Positions 33,922-46,350 of a DNA stretch of 64,000 nt are shown here, in pieces; position 1 is the stretch's first letter; the number at the start of each line of letters is the position of its first letter. A program made the position numbers and the translations under genes. Origin of the DNA: Prasinococcaceae sp. CCMP 1430 (taxonomy: Eukaryota > Plantae > Prasinodermophyta); the NCBI GenBank assembly GCA_013416795.1, contig RQSC01000029.1, positions 642,230-706,229 of the forward strand, read 5' to 3'. The notes under the pieces are model-generated. The model searched no databases, was not told where the DNA came from, and worked only from the letters and a program-made list of their open reading frames with translations.

Positions 33922-35589
33922 ATGCATACTTTCTTGGCGGGCGCGGCCCCATGCGCCGGCGCGCATTCGGCGCGAGCTATTGCGCGCACGCAGCGGACAC
34001 CGCGGCCATGCACAGCAGGGGCAGCAAGCAGAGCTGGATCTGGCGCGGGCCTCCCCTCGCCCGGCGGCATCACATCGCTGCAAGACCTCATGGAAGCAGG
34101 TGTGCACACGCTCGCCACCCCAACCCCCACCCGGCGCCCCGCCAGTGTCACTCGCAGCAAGCTGTTCTGACGGGCTGCGCCTGCGTACGCCGATGCACGC
34201 ACGCACTGCCCACGCGCGCTCGTACGCGCAGGCGCCGACGCGACGGGCATCCTGGAGCACTGGGAGGAGGTCGACGGAGGCGCCTGGGTGCTGCGCCCCC
34301 CAGTCGACCGCGAGCCAGTCGCGGCGGTCCACTTCGTCGGTGGCGCCTTCGTTGGCGCAGCTCCGCAGCTCACGTATGGCGCGTTCCTGCAGGCGCTTGC
34401 CGAGTACGGCGTGTTAGTGGTGGCCACGCCCTACCGTACGTCGCTCGACCAGTACGCCGTCGCGCAGGAGATTCAGTTCTGCTACGATCGCGCCGAGCGC
34501 GCGCTGGGCGACGAGCTCTCCTCACTGCCGTGCTTCGGACTGGGCCACTCTCTGGGCGCGCTGCTGCTCTTGCTCGGTGGCGCTCGCTTCGCGCCCGCGC
34601 GCGCGGGGAATGTCCTGATGAGCTTCAATTGCCGACGGCTGTCGGACGCGGTGCCGCTGTTCGACCCCGCGCTCGCGCCGCTCACGGAGGCGCTCGGCCC
34701 GCCGCTGCGCGAGACCTTCGTCGCGCTGGGTGGCGCGCGCGCACGCGAGGCGCTGCGCGCGCCGCTTGGGGCGGCCGCAGAGGCGCTGCCGCCGCTGGCG
34801 CGGCAGCTGCTGCCTCTCGTGCAGCAGCTCGATGCGCTCGCTGAGGACTTCGCGGATGCCACGGCGGCGGGCGACTTCACTCCGACGCCCGACGAGGCTC
34901 GAAAACTCATCTGCGCCAAGTACGCCGTCAGGAAGGTCCGCGCGCTCGTGCGGTTGCGGGCGAGCGCATCACGCGCGCCCCCCTGCAGGCCATCGCATGC
35001 TCACTCCTCACCCACTGACCCTGGCGCCCTGGCGCGCCACTGCGCATCCATCCCTGCTCGAATGCGCATGCAGAACCTCCTCCTGCGCTTCCGAGAGGAC
35101 GACATCGACGAGACCTCAGCCCTCGCCGCGGCGCTGCTCGCGCCCGGTTCCGCGGCATCGTCCGAGCTGGACTTGCGCGTGGTCTCGCTGGAGGGCGGCC
35201 ACGCGCGTCCCAACGCGCAGGTGCTACCCTACCTGGACGTCGCCGTGCCGCCCGAGGTGGCGGACGCCGCGGCGGCATCAGGTGCGGTCCTGCAGGGCCT
35301 GGCGGATTCGCTTGGCCCGCTGGCGGACACGATTGTCGCCGCCGGCGTGGGCACCAACACCCCGGTGGGTGCGCTCGCGCAGGAGGCAGCGGCGAGCGCG
35401 GCGGCGAACGTGCGTGAGCTTGGCGGCGCATTCGAGGCGGCGTCCAAGGTGGGCTCGACTGCCAAGGCCACAGCTGCGCAGAACCTCGCCACGGAGGAGG
35501 ATCTCTCCGACCTCGCGCGCGGCATCGCCAAGTGGATGGCCGACGGCGAGGACCCCGAGCGCACGTGCTTCCCCGAAGGGCGCCGGTGA
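33922..35589 (+). CDS. DUF1350 family alpha/beta-hydrolase-like protein, probably plastid-targeted; introns 34100-34231 and ~34930-35070
   Basis: VHFVGGAFVGAAPQLTY...VVATPY, FGLGHSLGA nucleophile elbow, NVLMSFN, NLLLRFREDDIDET, GGHARP. Start codon tentative. Confidence 0.8.
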
Positions 35590-36019
35590 CGGCGCGCGCT
35601 CGCGCGCGTCGTGGGGGACCGACACTCGCGCGTGATGGCGACGGAACGCGTCGGTGCAACCTGTAACATGTCTTTGTTGTTGTGTCCTAAGAATGGCTGG
35701 GTCCTATACATTTCACACATGGAAGTACTACCGTCTCGGACGGTAGGCAGTATCGCGCCGCTCACGCGGGTGCCCGCGCGCCCCGCGCGGTGGGTGGGCT
35801 CTGCGCGCGCGCGCTCTGTTGCTGTTGACTCACCCCAGAACCTCGTGGGTTCACGCCCTAAGCACTCCACACGTGTCACTCGGGAAGTCCCCATCAGCGC
35901 GTACGCCCTCGCCCTCGCCCTCGCCCGCGCCCACGCCCGCGCCGACGTTCTGGCACACGCCTGCGCGCCCGCTCGCGTGCTTGCGCGCGTGCCGCACGGC
36001 CCCTTGTCGCCCGCTGCGC

Positions 36020-36418
36020 TTAGATGTCGTACTTGGCAGGCGTTTTCCTCGGACGCAGCGAGCGGCCCGGCGTTTTCCTGGTCCTGGGGGTCTTCATGGG
36101 CGACACCGAGCGCGCCGGCGGGCTGGGCGAGCGCGACGGGGTCTTCTTCTTGGCGGGCGTCTTCTTGGCGGGCGTCTTCTTGGCAGGCGTCTTCTTGGCG
36201 GGCGTCTTCTTGGCGGGCGCCTTCTTTGCGGGCGTCTTCTTGGCCGCGGCGGCGCGGCCGCGCTTCGGCTGCGTGCGCGGTGACACCGGCGGCGACACCG
36301 CCTTGGCCTTCGCGGCCTTCTTCGCGGGCTTCTTCTTGGCGACGAGCGTCCACAGCCAGAGCGCGGCGATGAAGCTGAACGTCGCCGCGCACACGTAGTA
36401 CGCCACCGTAGCGTCCAT
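36020..36418 (-). CDS. Small protein (132 aa): N-terminal TM helix plus a Lys/Pro-rich histone-H1-like tail
   Basis: [27 protein letters not shown] followed by [10 protein letters not shown]...(KKTPA)n...TPSRSPSP...RKTPAK; single-exon ATG ORF. Confidence 0.7.
   Translation of the reverse strand: MDATVAYYVCAATFSFIAALWLWTLVAKKKPAKKAAKAKAVSPPVSPRTQPKRGRAAAAKKTPAKKAPAKKTPAKKTPAKKTPAKKTPAKKKTPSRSPSPPARSVSPMKTPRTRKTPGRSLRPRKTPAKYDI
36152..36241 (-). repeat. 15-bp coding tandem repeat x6 (AAGAAGACGCCCGCC, encoding KKTPA)
   Basis: Six units, three of them with single substitutions, all keeping frame. Confidence 0.95.
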
Positions 36419-37344
36419 GGTCGCCCGCGGGGGGTGGGAGGTGGGGTACGACCCGTGCGTGTGCTGCACGCGGTGTGGCGCTCCGCCGCCCGGCCGCCGC
36501 GCCCGCGCCCCGCCGCACCGCGCGCGCCGCCGCCGAGCGACGCCGTTCGAAACCGGAGAGCTAACAACGCCTCGCAAATGCCACGGAGTCCGAATTCGAC
36601 CGAATCCGCGCATTGTGACATCGAAATGACATATCAAGCCCGAAACCGCGGCGTCGAAATAGCTGAATCGTAGGGGATTTTCGCGGCGTGGTATCGCCGC
36701 GGCGGACCGGGGGGGGCGAGCGAAAATGAGGGGCAAAAGTCAACAACGGACGTTTTTTCCCGCGGATCTTTCTAATTTAAATGCGCACATCCGTGTAATA
36801 ATTAATCCAAATAATAGAATAAAACCACGTGAAGTAATTCCGCGAAAATGTTGGCTAACAACGGCGCGCGCTGCGCGCGCGCGCCGGCGCGGCGCGCGCG
36901 CGTCGCCGCGCGATACGCGCAAACCGCGGCGATCAAAAATTTTCAGATGATCAAAATATAATGTAAAGTATTCGGAAAGTGCGCATATGAGCGCGCTTCC
37001 GCTGCCGTCGCGGACGCTCCCTCCAGAAAAAAAACGCGTGCGGTTTGATGGCGCCGTCCGGCGCACACGCCAACGGGCACCCGCGGACCTCGCCGCGCGT
37101 GCCTGTGGCAGACCGGCCACACACACAAAAAAAAGGTCAAAAATCGCCACGGGAGGGTTGGACTTCGAGGTCAATCGGGTTTTATGGTACGTGGGCTGTG
37201 AAAGGGTACACGTGCGGGGGCTGGGACGTCGGATGCGTGAGGGGGGTACAGGTACAGCACATGCCATGCAGGGCATCATCGCGAGCGCGTGCGCGCGCGC
37301 GGGCGCGCGCACGGACGACCCCGCCGGCCTGCCGCTCGTCCTCT

Positions 37345-38514
37345 CTAGCTCTTCTTCTGATGTTGCCACTGCTTGCAGATGTAGCCCAGGTCGGACATGA
37401 AGTCGCCCACCACGGTGATCTGATCCAGCGGACTGGTGTAGTCGGGGTGGTTCACGCGCGAGCGGGCCTGAGAGTGCGCGGGCGGACGGGCGTGCGTGCG
37501 CGAGGGCGATGGTTGCGCGTGTGAGCATTGGTTGGATGCTGGCCTGGCATGCGTGCCACCGTGTGCATCTCCTGCCATGGGCACGCATGCGCAACTTTCG
37601 CGAGGGTACACGTGCTCATGTGCATGCGCGTGCGCGCATCACTACCGCGCGCGCACCTTGGACCTGAGGAAGAGATTCTCGGTCGCCGCGCGCACCTGCC
37701 CCACTTGGAGCGTCTTCTTCGAGGCCGCCTGGTCGGAGGCATCAAAGCCCGTCTGCTTGATCCCCGTCTCGCGCTCGCGCTCCTCCAGCGCCTTCTTCGT
37801 GTCCGACACAGTGTTGTTCTGCTGCAGCTGCTCGTCTGTGCGCGCCTTGACGTAAGCCTGCAGTTGCACGCGTGTGTTCTCCTGCGAGTCCTCCGTGGCC
37901 GCCGCGTGCGCGCGCAGGTCGGCGTTGGTCGCCTTGAGCGTCTCGAAGCGCAGCAGCAAGTCGTTGATTTCATGGTACTCGTCGGCCGTCTCGAGCACGG
38001 TCTCGAGGTACTGTTGTGTGCGAAGCATCTTGCGCACGATTGGACCTTCGGTGACCTTGCGGCGACGCAGCTCGCTGAGCGTTTCGTTCAGGCGCGTGAC
38101 CTCGGCCTCCTTGACATGGCGCGTCTTGATCTCGTCGGCGGCCTTCTTCTCTGCGCGCGTGCGCTTGGCGTCGTTGTCCTGCAGGAACTTGGAGAAGCGG
38201 ATGAGGCTCTCTTGCAGCTCGAGGTCCTTCTTCTTTAGCCGCTCCTCGCGGCGCTTGAACATCTCCTCCTTGCGATTGAACTCCTCCTTCTGCGCCTCGA
38301 GCGCCTCCTGCACCTCGAACATCAACCTCCGCTTCTCCAGCAGCCGCGTGATCGGCGACACGTCGTCGAGCACTAGGACATGGCGCGCCTGCGAGTTGCC
38401 CTCCACCGCGCTCGTCGTACTCGCGCCAGAGCCAGCAGCCGCGCTGGGGCCAGCGTGTGTTTGTGCGCCCATGTGCAAGCCGCTACTCGCGCCAGGTGCG
38501 GCGCTGGCCATCAT
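37345..38514 (-). CDS. CFAP73: Cilia/flagella-associated protein CFAP73/CCDC42 (DUF4200); intron 37656-37468
   Basis: SPITRLLEKRRLMFEVQEALEAQKEEF...REERLKKKDLELQESLIRFSKFLQDNDAKRTRA. Confidence 0.88.
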
Positions 38515-39617
38515 AGCCGTGCGTGCCTATGCGCGCGCCCACGCGCCCGCGTCGCCGCGGGAGAGTTGCACGTGCCCCGCGTCCGCCCGGGAACGCGCGC
38601 CCGCGTGGTCGTCTCGCACGCCGGGGCCGATGCTCCAGCCCGCGCCCGCGCGCGGGGCTTGCACGCGCCCGCGGATGCGCACGGCACCAGCCTGCGCCTC
38701 CCGCAGCGTCAGACCGCCGCGTGCACGCACCCCGTCCTGCACCCTCCGCCCGCGCCCCCTCAGCGGTGCCCTCGCCGCGCACCGCTTGTGGCGCGACGCG
38801 CCCGCCCACTTGAGGAAGCCGCCATTCCATCGCCTCCTTCTTGCCCATGAGGACGCTGTTGACCGCGCGCTCCGAAAGCGGCGCGCCGCGCTCGCCCGCA
38901 GAATGAGTTAACCCTACAAACTTCGCACAAATTTAAAATCATATGGTGTTCATTCTACCCTAACTCAACCCAAACCCTTGTACCGTGCGAATTCGCATGC
39001 GCGCCTCTGCGTGGAGACTTCTGCCATCCTCATCTGACGCGCGCGCGCTCGGTCGGGGAACGCGGGCCCTTGCGGCGATGGGAGGGACGCGCGTGGGCGG
39101 GGTGGGGCGGGGGTGGCGCGGGGATGGCTGGCTGAGGGGGGGGAATGGGACGGGCCCGGAGCACGGGCAGGGAGCGGCGCAGTCGGTCCGGGCAGGGCGG
39201 ATGCCCTGACCGGCCGAGCGCGCGCGCTCGCGCTGGCTGGCTGGTGCCCCCGCCCGGCCTGCGCTTGGAGGGGCATATGGCTGGCTGGCTGCTGCTGGCG
39301 GCTCGGAACTTGGGGAGCGTAGGGTGATGCCTGGCAGGGCATCGAGGTTCCCCTGGCTGGAAGTTTCTTTCACGTCCTTGGTTGGTTGGGGAACAGCCGG
39401 GGGGCGCCAGTTGTCGCGTTCCCCCGGGCGCGCGGAAGCGGCGCGCCGCCGAGCGCTCCGGCCGGGGGCCGAGGGCCGGGGGGACGCCACAGCGCGTGCG
39501 GGCGCGGGCACGCGGCGGGCGCGCGGCGACGGCGAGCGGCGCGGGGAACCGTGTCGCGGTGACAAGGAAGGAGCGCGCGAGCGCGAGCGCGGGCGCAAGA
39601 ACTGTCGCGCGACGGAG

Positions 39618-40180
39618 ATGCCGCCCCGCGCGGCGCCGTCGGGGTCGCCGCACGCCGACGCGATGCGCACGGCCCAGGCCTCGCGCAAGCGGGCGGCCCG
39701 CGTTGCCCTCGCCGGTGGGGACGGGCCGGGTTGCTGGTGCTGGCTTGTCACTGTTGAGGAGGCAGCACACTCGCGGCGGCAGCGGCTCGGCAGAGCTGAG
39801 AACACGGGCACGCTTGCGAGGCTCACGGCCGTTAACGGCGCGTACTACCGCTTCGCCTCGGAGGTGTGCGCGCCACGTCCACTGTGTTTGCGTGCGTACA
39901 CATAAGGATGCGTGCGCTCCTGCGAGCGCGCTCGATGGCTCGCGCAAAATCGAGCTGTGAACGCGCTGCTGACCCTCCTACCGCTCATCGGACGATCTTT
40001 CCCACGCAGACGCGTCCCAAAAAGAAGCGGCGGCAACGGCACCACTTGTTGCACGAGAACGAGTTCTTCCTCGGCTGGGTGCGCTCCGGTGAGGATGCGG
40101 ACGGCGACGTCGTCACAGGCGACGTGCTCGAGCCTACCTGGCAGGAACTGAGCCACATCGACCTTGGTGTGGAGGAGTAA
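39618..40180 (+). CDS. Hypothetical small two-exon protein
   Basis: MPPRAAPSG...GAYYRFASE|GTGTGC intron ...CGCAG|TRPKKKRRQRHHLLHENEFFLGWV...GVEE*; no family recognised. Confidence 0.35.
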
Positions 40181-40275
40181 CATGCGGGGGAAGCGTGAGA
40201 TATCTGAGCAGCGCAGCACCGACCGACGGCGACGACGCACACGCCGGCGCGCGCCTCGCGTAGTACTCTCAATTA

Positions 40276-42160
40276 TTATTGCCATTTCTTCTGTGCCGCC
40301 GCTGATGACCCAGTGCAGTCATCATCGTCGGCATCACAACGAAGCTGCGCGAGCGTACCGCAGGCGAGCGCCACCAGCACGTGAGCAGCGCTGTACGCCG
40401 AGCCTAGTGCGTCGTGCAGATACGGCAGTGCAGGCGGCGGGGCAACGAAGATGGCCAGAGCGTGTAACACTGCTACGCCGAGCAGAGACACGACGACGAC
40501 CGGCCACATGAGGCAGGAGAAGTCCGTCAGGCGTGAACTCCGGACCCCACTGCCCTCGCCACCCTTCCATGCTCTGGTCTTGCTTTTGTCGTCGTCGACG
40601 CCCTGAATGCCCGCAGTCTCGGCGTGCCCCTTCGCACTCGCATCGCTGTGGTCCAGCGCACCGTAGAGCACCGCGTGCAGCAGCAGCAGCGCGGCGTACG
40701 CCACCGCCTGGCCGTCCTTGTGTAGCAGCGGCCACATCGAAAAAGCACCGATGGCCTGCGCCCAGCCAGCCAGGACCGGGTGCTCACCAGCCAAGAGAGT
40801 GAGTGGCAGCAGCGGCAAGAGGATAGACTTCTCGTGCACCTGTACGCGCGCGGCGCGCGTACGAGCCACGCGCGGGTGTCAGGCGGGCCGCCGCGCTTTG
40901 TGCGCGCCAACACGCGCACGCGCGTGCCGTCGAATATACGCCTGCCGGCGCTTGTGGCGCACCTGGAAAGAGAACAGGAAGAAGGCAAGCGAGCAGTTCA
41001 TCAGGCACAGCAGGAAACCTCGGCGGCTAGGGCGCACCACCTGGTGGCATACCGCCGGCGCCATGGCTACGAGCGTCGCGAGCAGGCACAACACCGGCAT
41101 GAGCTGTGGTGGCACCAAGCGCTTCCACTTGATGGCCAGGCTCGAGGCGCACCAGAAATTCGCCACGTAGTCCTCAAAGAGGCCGCGTGAGAAGGGAAAT
41201 AACCTTCTGACGACCTGGGTCGCGGCGTCGGCAGAGCCCAACCATGGCGCCCACAAGAGAACAAAGACGCCAATGACGGTCGCTCCAAGTCGGCACACCT
41301 GAGCAGCGACGCGCGCCGCGCCGGCGGCGCCGCTGCACTGGCCCTGCGGATGCGCCTTGCGTCAGCCTTGGGCTCTCACTCAGTTTGCTCCCTCGCTCTC
41401 GAACGCTCCAACACGCACAAGGGCAAGAGCGCTGGTTGCTCGTACGCACCTTCCCCCGTCGCAGCGCTTTGCCGAGCATGTATGCAAAAAAGGCCGGCGC
41501 GTAGTAGAGCGCCATCTGCTTGTGGTTAAGCGCCAGGGCAAACGCGACCGCGCCTGCGATGTCAGCACCTCTCATAGCGAGAGCTGCGCCTGCAATGCTC
41601 AGGCCCAGGCTCACGCCGTTGTACTGAAAGTGCCCGTGGTCGATGAGCAGCAGGCAAGGCTGCAGAGCGAGCGCGGCGAACGCGCGCAGGGCACGCTTCT
41701 CGCCTCGACCATCGCCTGGCTTCCTCCCGCCTTGGCGCGAGTAGTACGCCATCGCAGCAGCGTAACACGCAGGAAGGTAGCACATCACATCGCCAAGGAT
41801 GACGCTCAAGCGCATGGCCGCCTTGCTCGCCTCCGACTCGAAGCCGCGGCTCCGCTTGCCGAGCGCGAGCGCCTCCGGCCCTGCGAGCGCCGCGACGAGC
41901 CCCCCGCACGCGCGCGAGTGGTACGCCGTCAGTGGCGGGTAATCGAGGCCCCAGTACTGCAGGTCGTTGTGCTCGCCCTGCTCGTACCACTCGCGCGCCG
42001 GCAGGTGCAGCGTGAGCTCCATCCAGTGGCGCTGCGCTTCGTAGTCGCCGTACATCGGCGGCGTGGATTCGCCCGAGTGTGGCCCGAGCCCGACGGCGGC
42101 GCGCGCCACAAGCGCAGCCACCGCCACGCACGGCGCGCCGAGCGCGCCGAGCGCGTCCAT
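40276..42160 (-). CDS. ALG6: Dolichyl-P-Glc:Man9GlcNAc2-PP-Dol alpha-1,3-glucosyltransferase; 3 exons
   Basis: PPMYGDYEAQRHWMELT, YWGLDYPPLTAYHS, LIDHGHFQYN, KQMALYYAP, RLFPFSRGLFEDYVANFWC, FSFQ|VHEKSILLP. Confidence 0.96.
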
Positions 42161-42513
42161 CGTGCCCGGCGTGGCGAAGCGGCGCGTTGGCGAGCGGGCC
42201 AGCGGGCCCGCCGGCGGGCCCCGGCAGACCACCGCAGGAGCCGCGCGGCTTGTGGCATCCATCCTGGAGCGAGGATGTTGAGCCATATCAAAATCAAATC
42301 ACGGTGGTGAAGCCGATGCCGGCGGAACCTGCCGTGTGGAAGGTGCTGATCGCCCCCCCATCACCCCCACCCCCATCCACCCCTCCTCCCTCCCGTTGCA
42401 CGCCAGCGCCTACCCGCGTGCCCATGGCGCGCGCACCAGCGCCCTGCAGGCGCGGCTGGAAGCGAACGTGGTGATTAGTGGCGTTAAAAATGAGGCGCAC
42501 GAAAGCAGCCGGC

Positions 42514-44886
42514 CTACACCTCCGCTCCTGCCCACTCGATGGGGCCGAGGTCCTCGGCGAGCCACGGATGCTTCAGTGCCTCTGCCGCCGTCGGCCGCTC
42601 CTCAGGGTCGCGCGTAAGCAGGTGCTCCACGAAGGCGACCAGCCCCTTCGGGGCGCCGGGCATCTGCGACGCGAGAGTTGTGCGCTTGGGAACCAGGTAG
42701 CTGAAGCGTTCGTCCTCCCCACGCTCGAAGATCCTGCCCTGTCGCGTAAAGTACTTGTGCGCGTGTCGCGAGGGCTCCAGGACCGTTGGCGGGAAGGGGC
42801 CATTGAGCGCTACCACACGAGCCAGGAGTGAAGCAGGTCCATCGTTCTGGAATAGCACGACGCCGCTCCACAGCTCGGCGAGGATGCATCCCAGCGACCA
42901 AATGTCGATGCCCTGTGAGTACGGCGCGCCGATGATCACCTCCGGCGCGCGGTAGTTGCGACTCTGTACGTAGCTGCTTAGATGGTCCGTGAGGAAACAA
43001 GAACTTCCGAGGTCGATCACCTTGATGTCGCACGTTTTGGGGTCGCGGATGAGGATATTTTCGGGTTTCAGGTCGCAGTGGATCAGACCCAGAGAGTGGA
43101 TGAACGCGAGTCCCTCGAGCACCTGACGAGCGATGCGCTGGAGCCGCGCGGGCACGAAATACGGCGCGTCGGTCCGCTCGCGCAGGCTCTTCTGCCACTC
43201 GTACAGATTGGACTGCAGCAGCTCGCACACTATGAACAGATGCTCGCGATGGTAGAAGTAGTCGAATAGCCGGAGGATGTGTTTCTCATCGGCAGGGTCG
43301 CATGAGTTCACGTACTGCGAGGAATGGCGCGCACGCAGCGCGATCGTCAGCTGTTGCTTGTCACTGATGCGCGACCACCGGGCAGAGAGCGCCCTTCAGC
43401 GCCGCACCTTGAGCAATTTGATCTCATCGAGGCTTTGGTCGAAGAAGTCCTTATTGTTCTTGATGATCTTCATGCACACCATGGTGCCATTCTGCAAGTC
43501 CAGCGTCTGGATCGCAGTGCTGAACGCAGCCGAGCCAAGCTTGTCAATCACTTGGTATCTGCCTGCGATAACCTCGCCAAGCTGCACGGGAAAGTCCTTG
43601 CATTCCTCGAAGCCGGTGTGCCGTCGCCGATGGATCACCCGCAGCGTAAATGTCTCGTACTCCTCGCCCATGGCCTCCATACTAGCGCTGTCAGGCCTTC
43701 CACCGTGCGCCCGGCCGCCGCCGAGATGTCCCCCAATGCCTAAGCTTCCGCGGCTGCCCATGCTACTGCGCGAGCCCAGCAGGCTGCGCAGCGCGTTCAT
43801 GTCGTAGAAGCCGGCCTTTTGGCCCATCTCGCCATGCTGGTCACTTCCACGCGAGGGGGGTACCTCGTTGGTCCTCGCTGAGATCACCTCAGCCTCCGAG
43901 GTCGACGGCCGCATCTGATCCTCCCCAGCCCCGGCGCCGCCAGGCACGCCCGCATCCGAGAAGCTCGTCCTGCGCCGGCGCCGGCGCTGCCTGCGCGCCT
44001 GCCAATTTCCCACCTCGCTCTCGTCTCCGATTGTGTCGTCGCCTTCCTGCGGCTGCGCGCCGCCCTCCTCCACCTCGTCCCCCGTCTCCGGATTCGACGG
44101 GAACAGCGCGTCGCCATCCATCGGCGGAGTCTCCGGGAGCACCGGGAAGGAAAATCCGCCACCACCGCCTCCACCGCCGCCGTCGAGCCCGCCGGCCTCG
44201 CTGCGCTCTTCCTCTTTCAGGCCTCCGAGGACGTCCCCGATTTCGTTCCCACTGTCCAGGTCCAAGGAGATCTCCCTGCGGTGCTTCCCGCGCGGCGCCC
44301 GCTCGCGGCTGCTGCCGTCGGCCCCCTCGGCGCCCCCATCAGCACCCTCTTCGGAGCCTCCCTCCTCGGCGCCTCCGTCCTCGGCGCCCTCGTCGGCGCT
44401 GGCGAAGTCATCGCTCAGCGTCATGTCCCCCTCGTGAGTGCTGTCCAGCTCGTCCTCTTTGCTCCCGCTAGCGTTCCCGTCGCCGTCATCGTCCGTCTCC
44501 TCATCCGTGAGCGAACCAACCAGCTCTTCCCCGTAGAAGCGCTCCATGTCGTCGACTGGCACGCGGTAGTAGCCCAATTCGTCCTCCTCCCAGCTCTCGT
44601 CCATCTCGGGTGGGCACGAGTCAGCAGGGCTCAGCGGCGGGGCCGGACGCGAGCGAGCAGCAGAGCCAGACGCGCTGCTGCGCGTGGCGCTGCTCGCGCC
44701 ACTGCTGGGCCGCGACGCCACGGCATCCTCATCGCGCGCATCCGATACCGCCACGCGCTCGGCTCCCGCTCCGACAGCGGTCCCCTTCCCTGCTTCCCCG
44801 GCACGCGCCAGCGCCGCCTCGAGGAGATTCGCCGAGCTGTCCTCGCCAGCCTGCCGCAACAACTCGATCGCCCACGCGGCCGACAT
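42514..44886 (-). CDS. DYRKP: Plant-type DYRK kinase (DYRKP); one intron at ~43400-43315
   Basis: TGFEECKDFPV...IAGRY...LGSAAFS, KIIKNNKDFFDQSLDEIKLLK|YVN...DPADEKHILRLFDYFYHREHLFIV, HCDLKPEN, SSYVQSRNYRAPE. Confidence 0.92.
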
Positions 44887-45428
44887 CCTGGCGGAGGCTG
44901 AAGCAGCCGCGAGTGAGGCCGGGGCGAGCAGCCCGGGCGGGTGCAGGAGGGGCCAGCGACCCTTGCCGCGAGGGGACGCTCGCCGCCAGCAGGGCCGGGG
45001 GTCGCGGCCGCTCCCTGTGGCGCCCCCGCCCGGCAACGCCCAACACCCGCGCGCCAGCGCGCGCTTGTGCGGTCCGCCTCGACGAAATGCTTTTATTCCG
45101 CAAACGCTTCCATCTTTTCGAGTTGACCGCCCAAGAAAAGCGGCCGCGGAAAACGAGAGAGGATCGCGCGTTTGGCGCGCGCCACCGCGCCGCGCGGGGA
45201 CGCGCATATGGGGTTTTAAAAAGGGTTTACAGTATACATGTGCTGTGTCTCTGTGTGCCTGTGTACCTGGGGCCACACGGCGCGCGGGCGCGGCGCGCCG
45301 CGAGGTGTGGGAGGGAGCGGGTGGGGGAAGGGCGGCGCGCGGTGCGGGGCCGGTGGGTGTTTGCTGCGGTGGTCGCGTGGGCGCGAGCGCGTGGGCGCGG
45401 GCGCGTGGGCGCGAGCGCGTGGGCGGTG

Positions 45429-45950
45429 ATGGCGTTCCCCGGGGACGGCGCGCCGCATGGCACGGCGCCGTTCTACTCGTGGGCGCTTGCGTTCTTGCGC
45501 GACTTCCTCGCGGCGCACGGCTGGTCCATCGTGTTCGGCACGGTCGCGCTCGCGCTCGCGCTGCCGCCGCTGTGCGCCCGGCTGGGCGCCGTACGTGAGC
45601 GTCTCGAGGAGAGCGCAGACCCTGGCAGGCGGGATCGCCTCAACAACGGCGCGGCCGCCGCGCGCGCGCGCCAGCAGGCCGCGCTCGAGAAGGCTGCCGC
45701 CGAGCGCCGCGAGCAGGAGCGCGCACAGGCCGAGGAGCGCAGGCGCGCGGCGCAGGCGGCGCGCAACGCGCGCACGACCGGCGGCGACAGCGAATCCAGC
45801 GAAGCGCTCAAGTCGCTTGCGTCCACCAAACCCAAGCAAAAGCCCAAGCCCTCATACACCCTCGGCGGTAGCGCAGGAGCGAGCGGGAGCGGCGTCTACC
45901 GGCCCGGCGGTCCCTCTGCGCGCTACCGCAGTCGTGGTGGCTGAAGTTAG
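45429..45950 (+). CDS. SELENOS: Selenoprotein S (SelS/VIMP) homologue, 173 aa, with UGA 45942-45944 read as Sec and true stop TAG 45948-45950
   Basis: TM segment FLAAHGWSIVFGTVALAL; coiled coil AAARARQQAALEK; basic KPKQKPK; Gly-rich tail YRPGG...RSRGG-TGA-AGT-TAG, giving GG-U-S*, as in SelS GGUG*. Confidence 0.8.
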
Positions 45951-46113
45951 TGCACGCGGCGGGTGAAGGCTCGCCGCGCCAGCGCCAGCGCGTCCATGCG
46001 CACGGGCCGCACGAGCCTACACCGCCGCGAGCACGCACTTGCCGCTCGCCCACTGAGCGGGACACGTGCCGCCGTGCGGAACGGACAAGAGAGGAGAGAG
46101 GAGCAGGTAGCCG

Positions 46114-46218
46114 GGACGGCGCGCTATGACGGCGCGCGCGCGCAAGCACGGGCCGAGCCCTCGCCGCAGGCGGGAGGCGACCCACGCCGCGTAGCCTGAG
46201 AACACACAGCGCCGACCC
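46114..46218 (+). promoter_or_regulatory. Candidate SECIS element in the SelS 3' UTR
   Basis: Helix I CGGCGC (46117-22) with GCGCCG (46209-14); core ATGAC (46126-30) with TGAG (46197-200); about 10-bp bulged helix II; unpaired AA at 46144-45; long apical mini-stem. Folded by eye. Confidence 0.55.
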
Positions 46219-46350
46219 CACCCCTCAACACCTGTAATTGTGCTGTACCATACAAGCTTTTGCAATCTTCTGACCGGCGCAGCCCGCGGTTGCCACACTA
46301 CGCGCGCGCGCACGCGTTCGCGCAGGAGCGCGCTCGCGCCCAGCCGCCCG

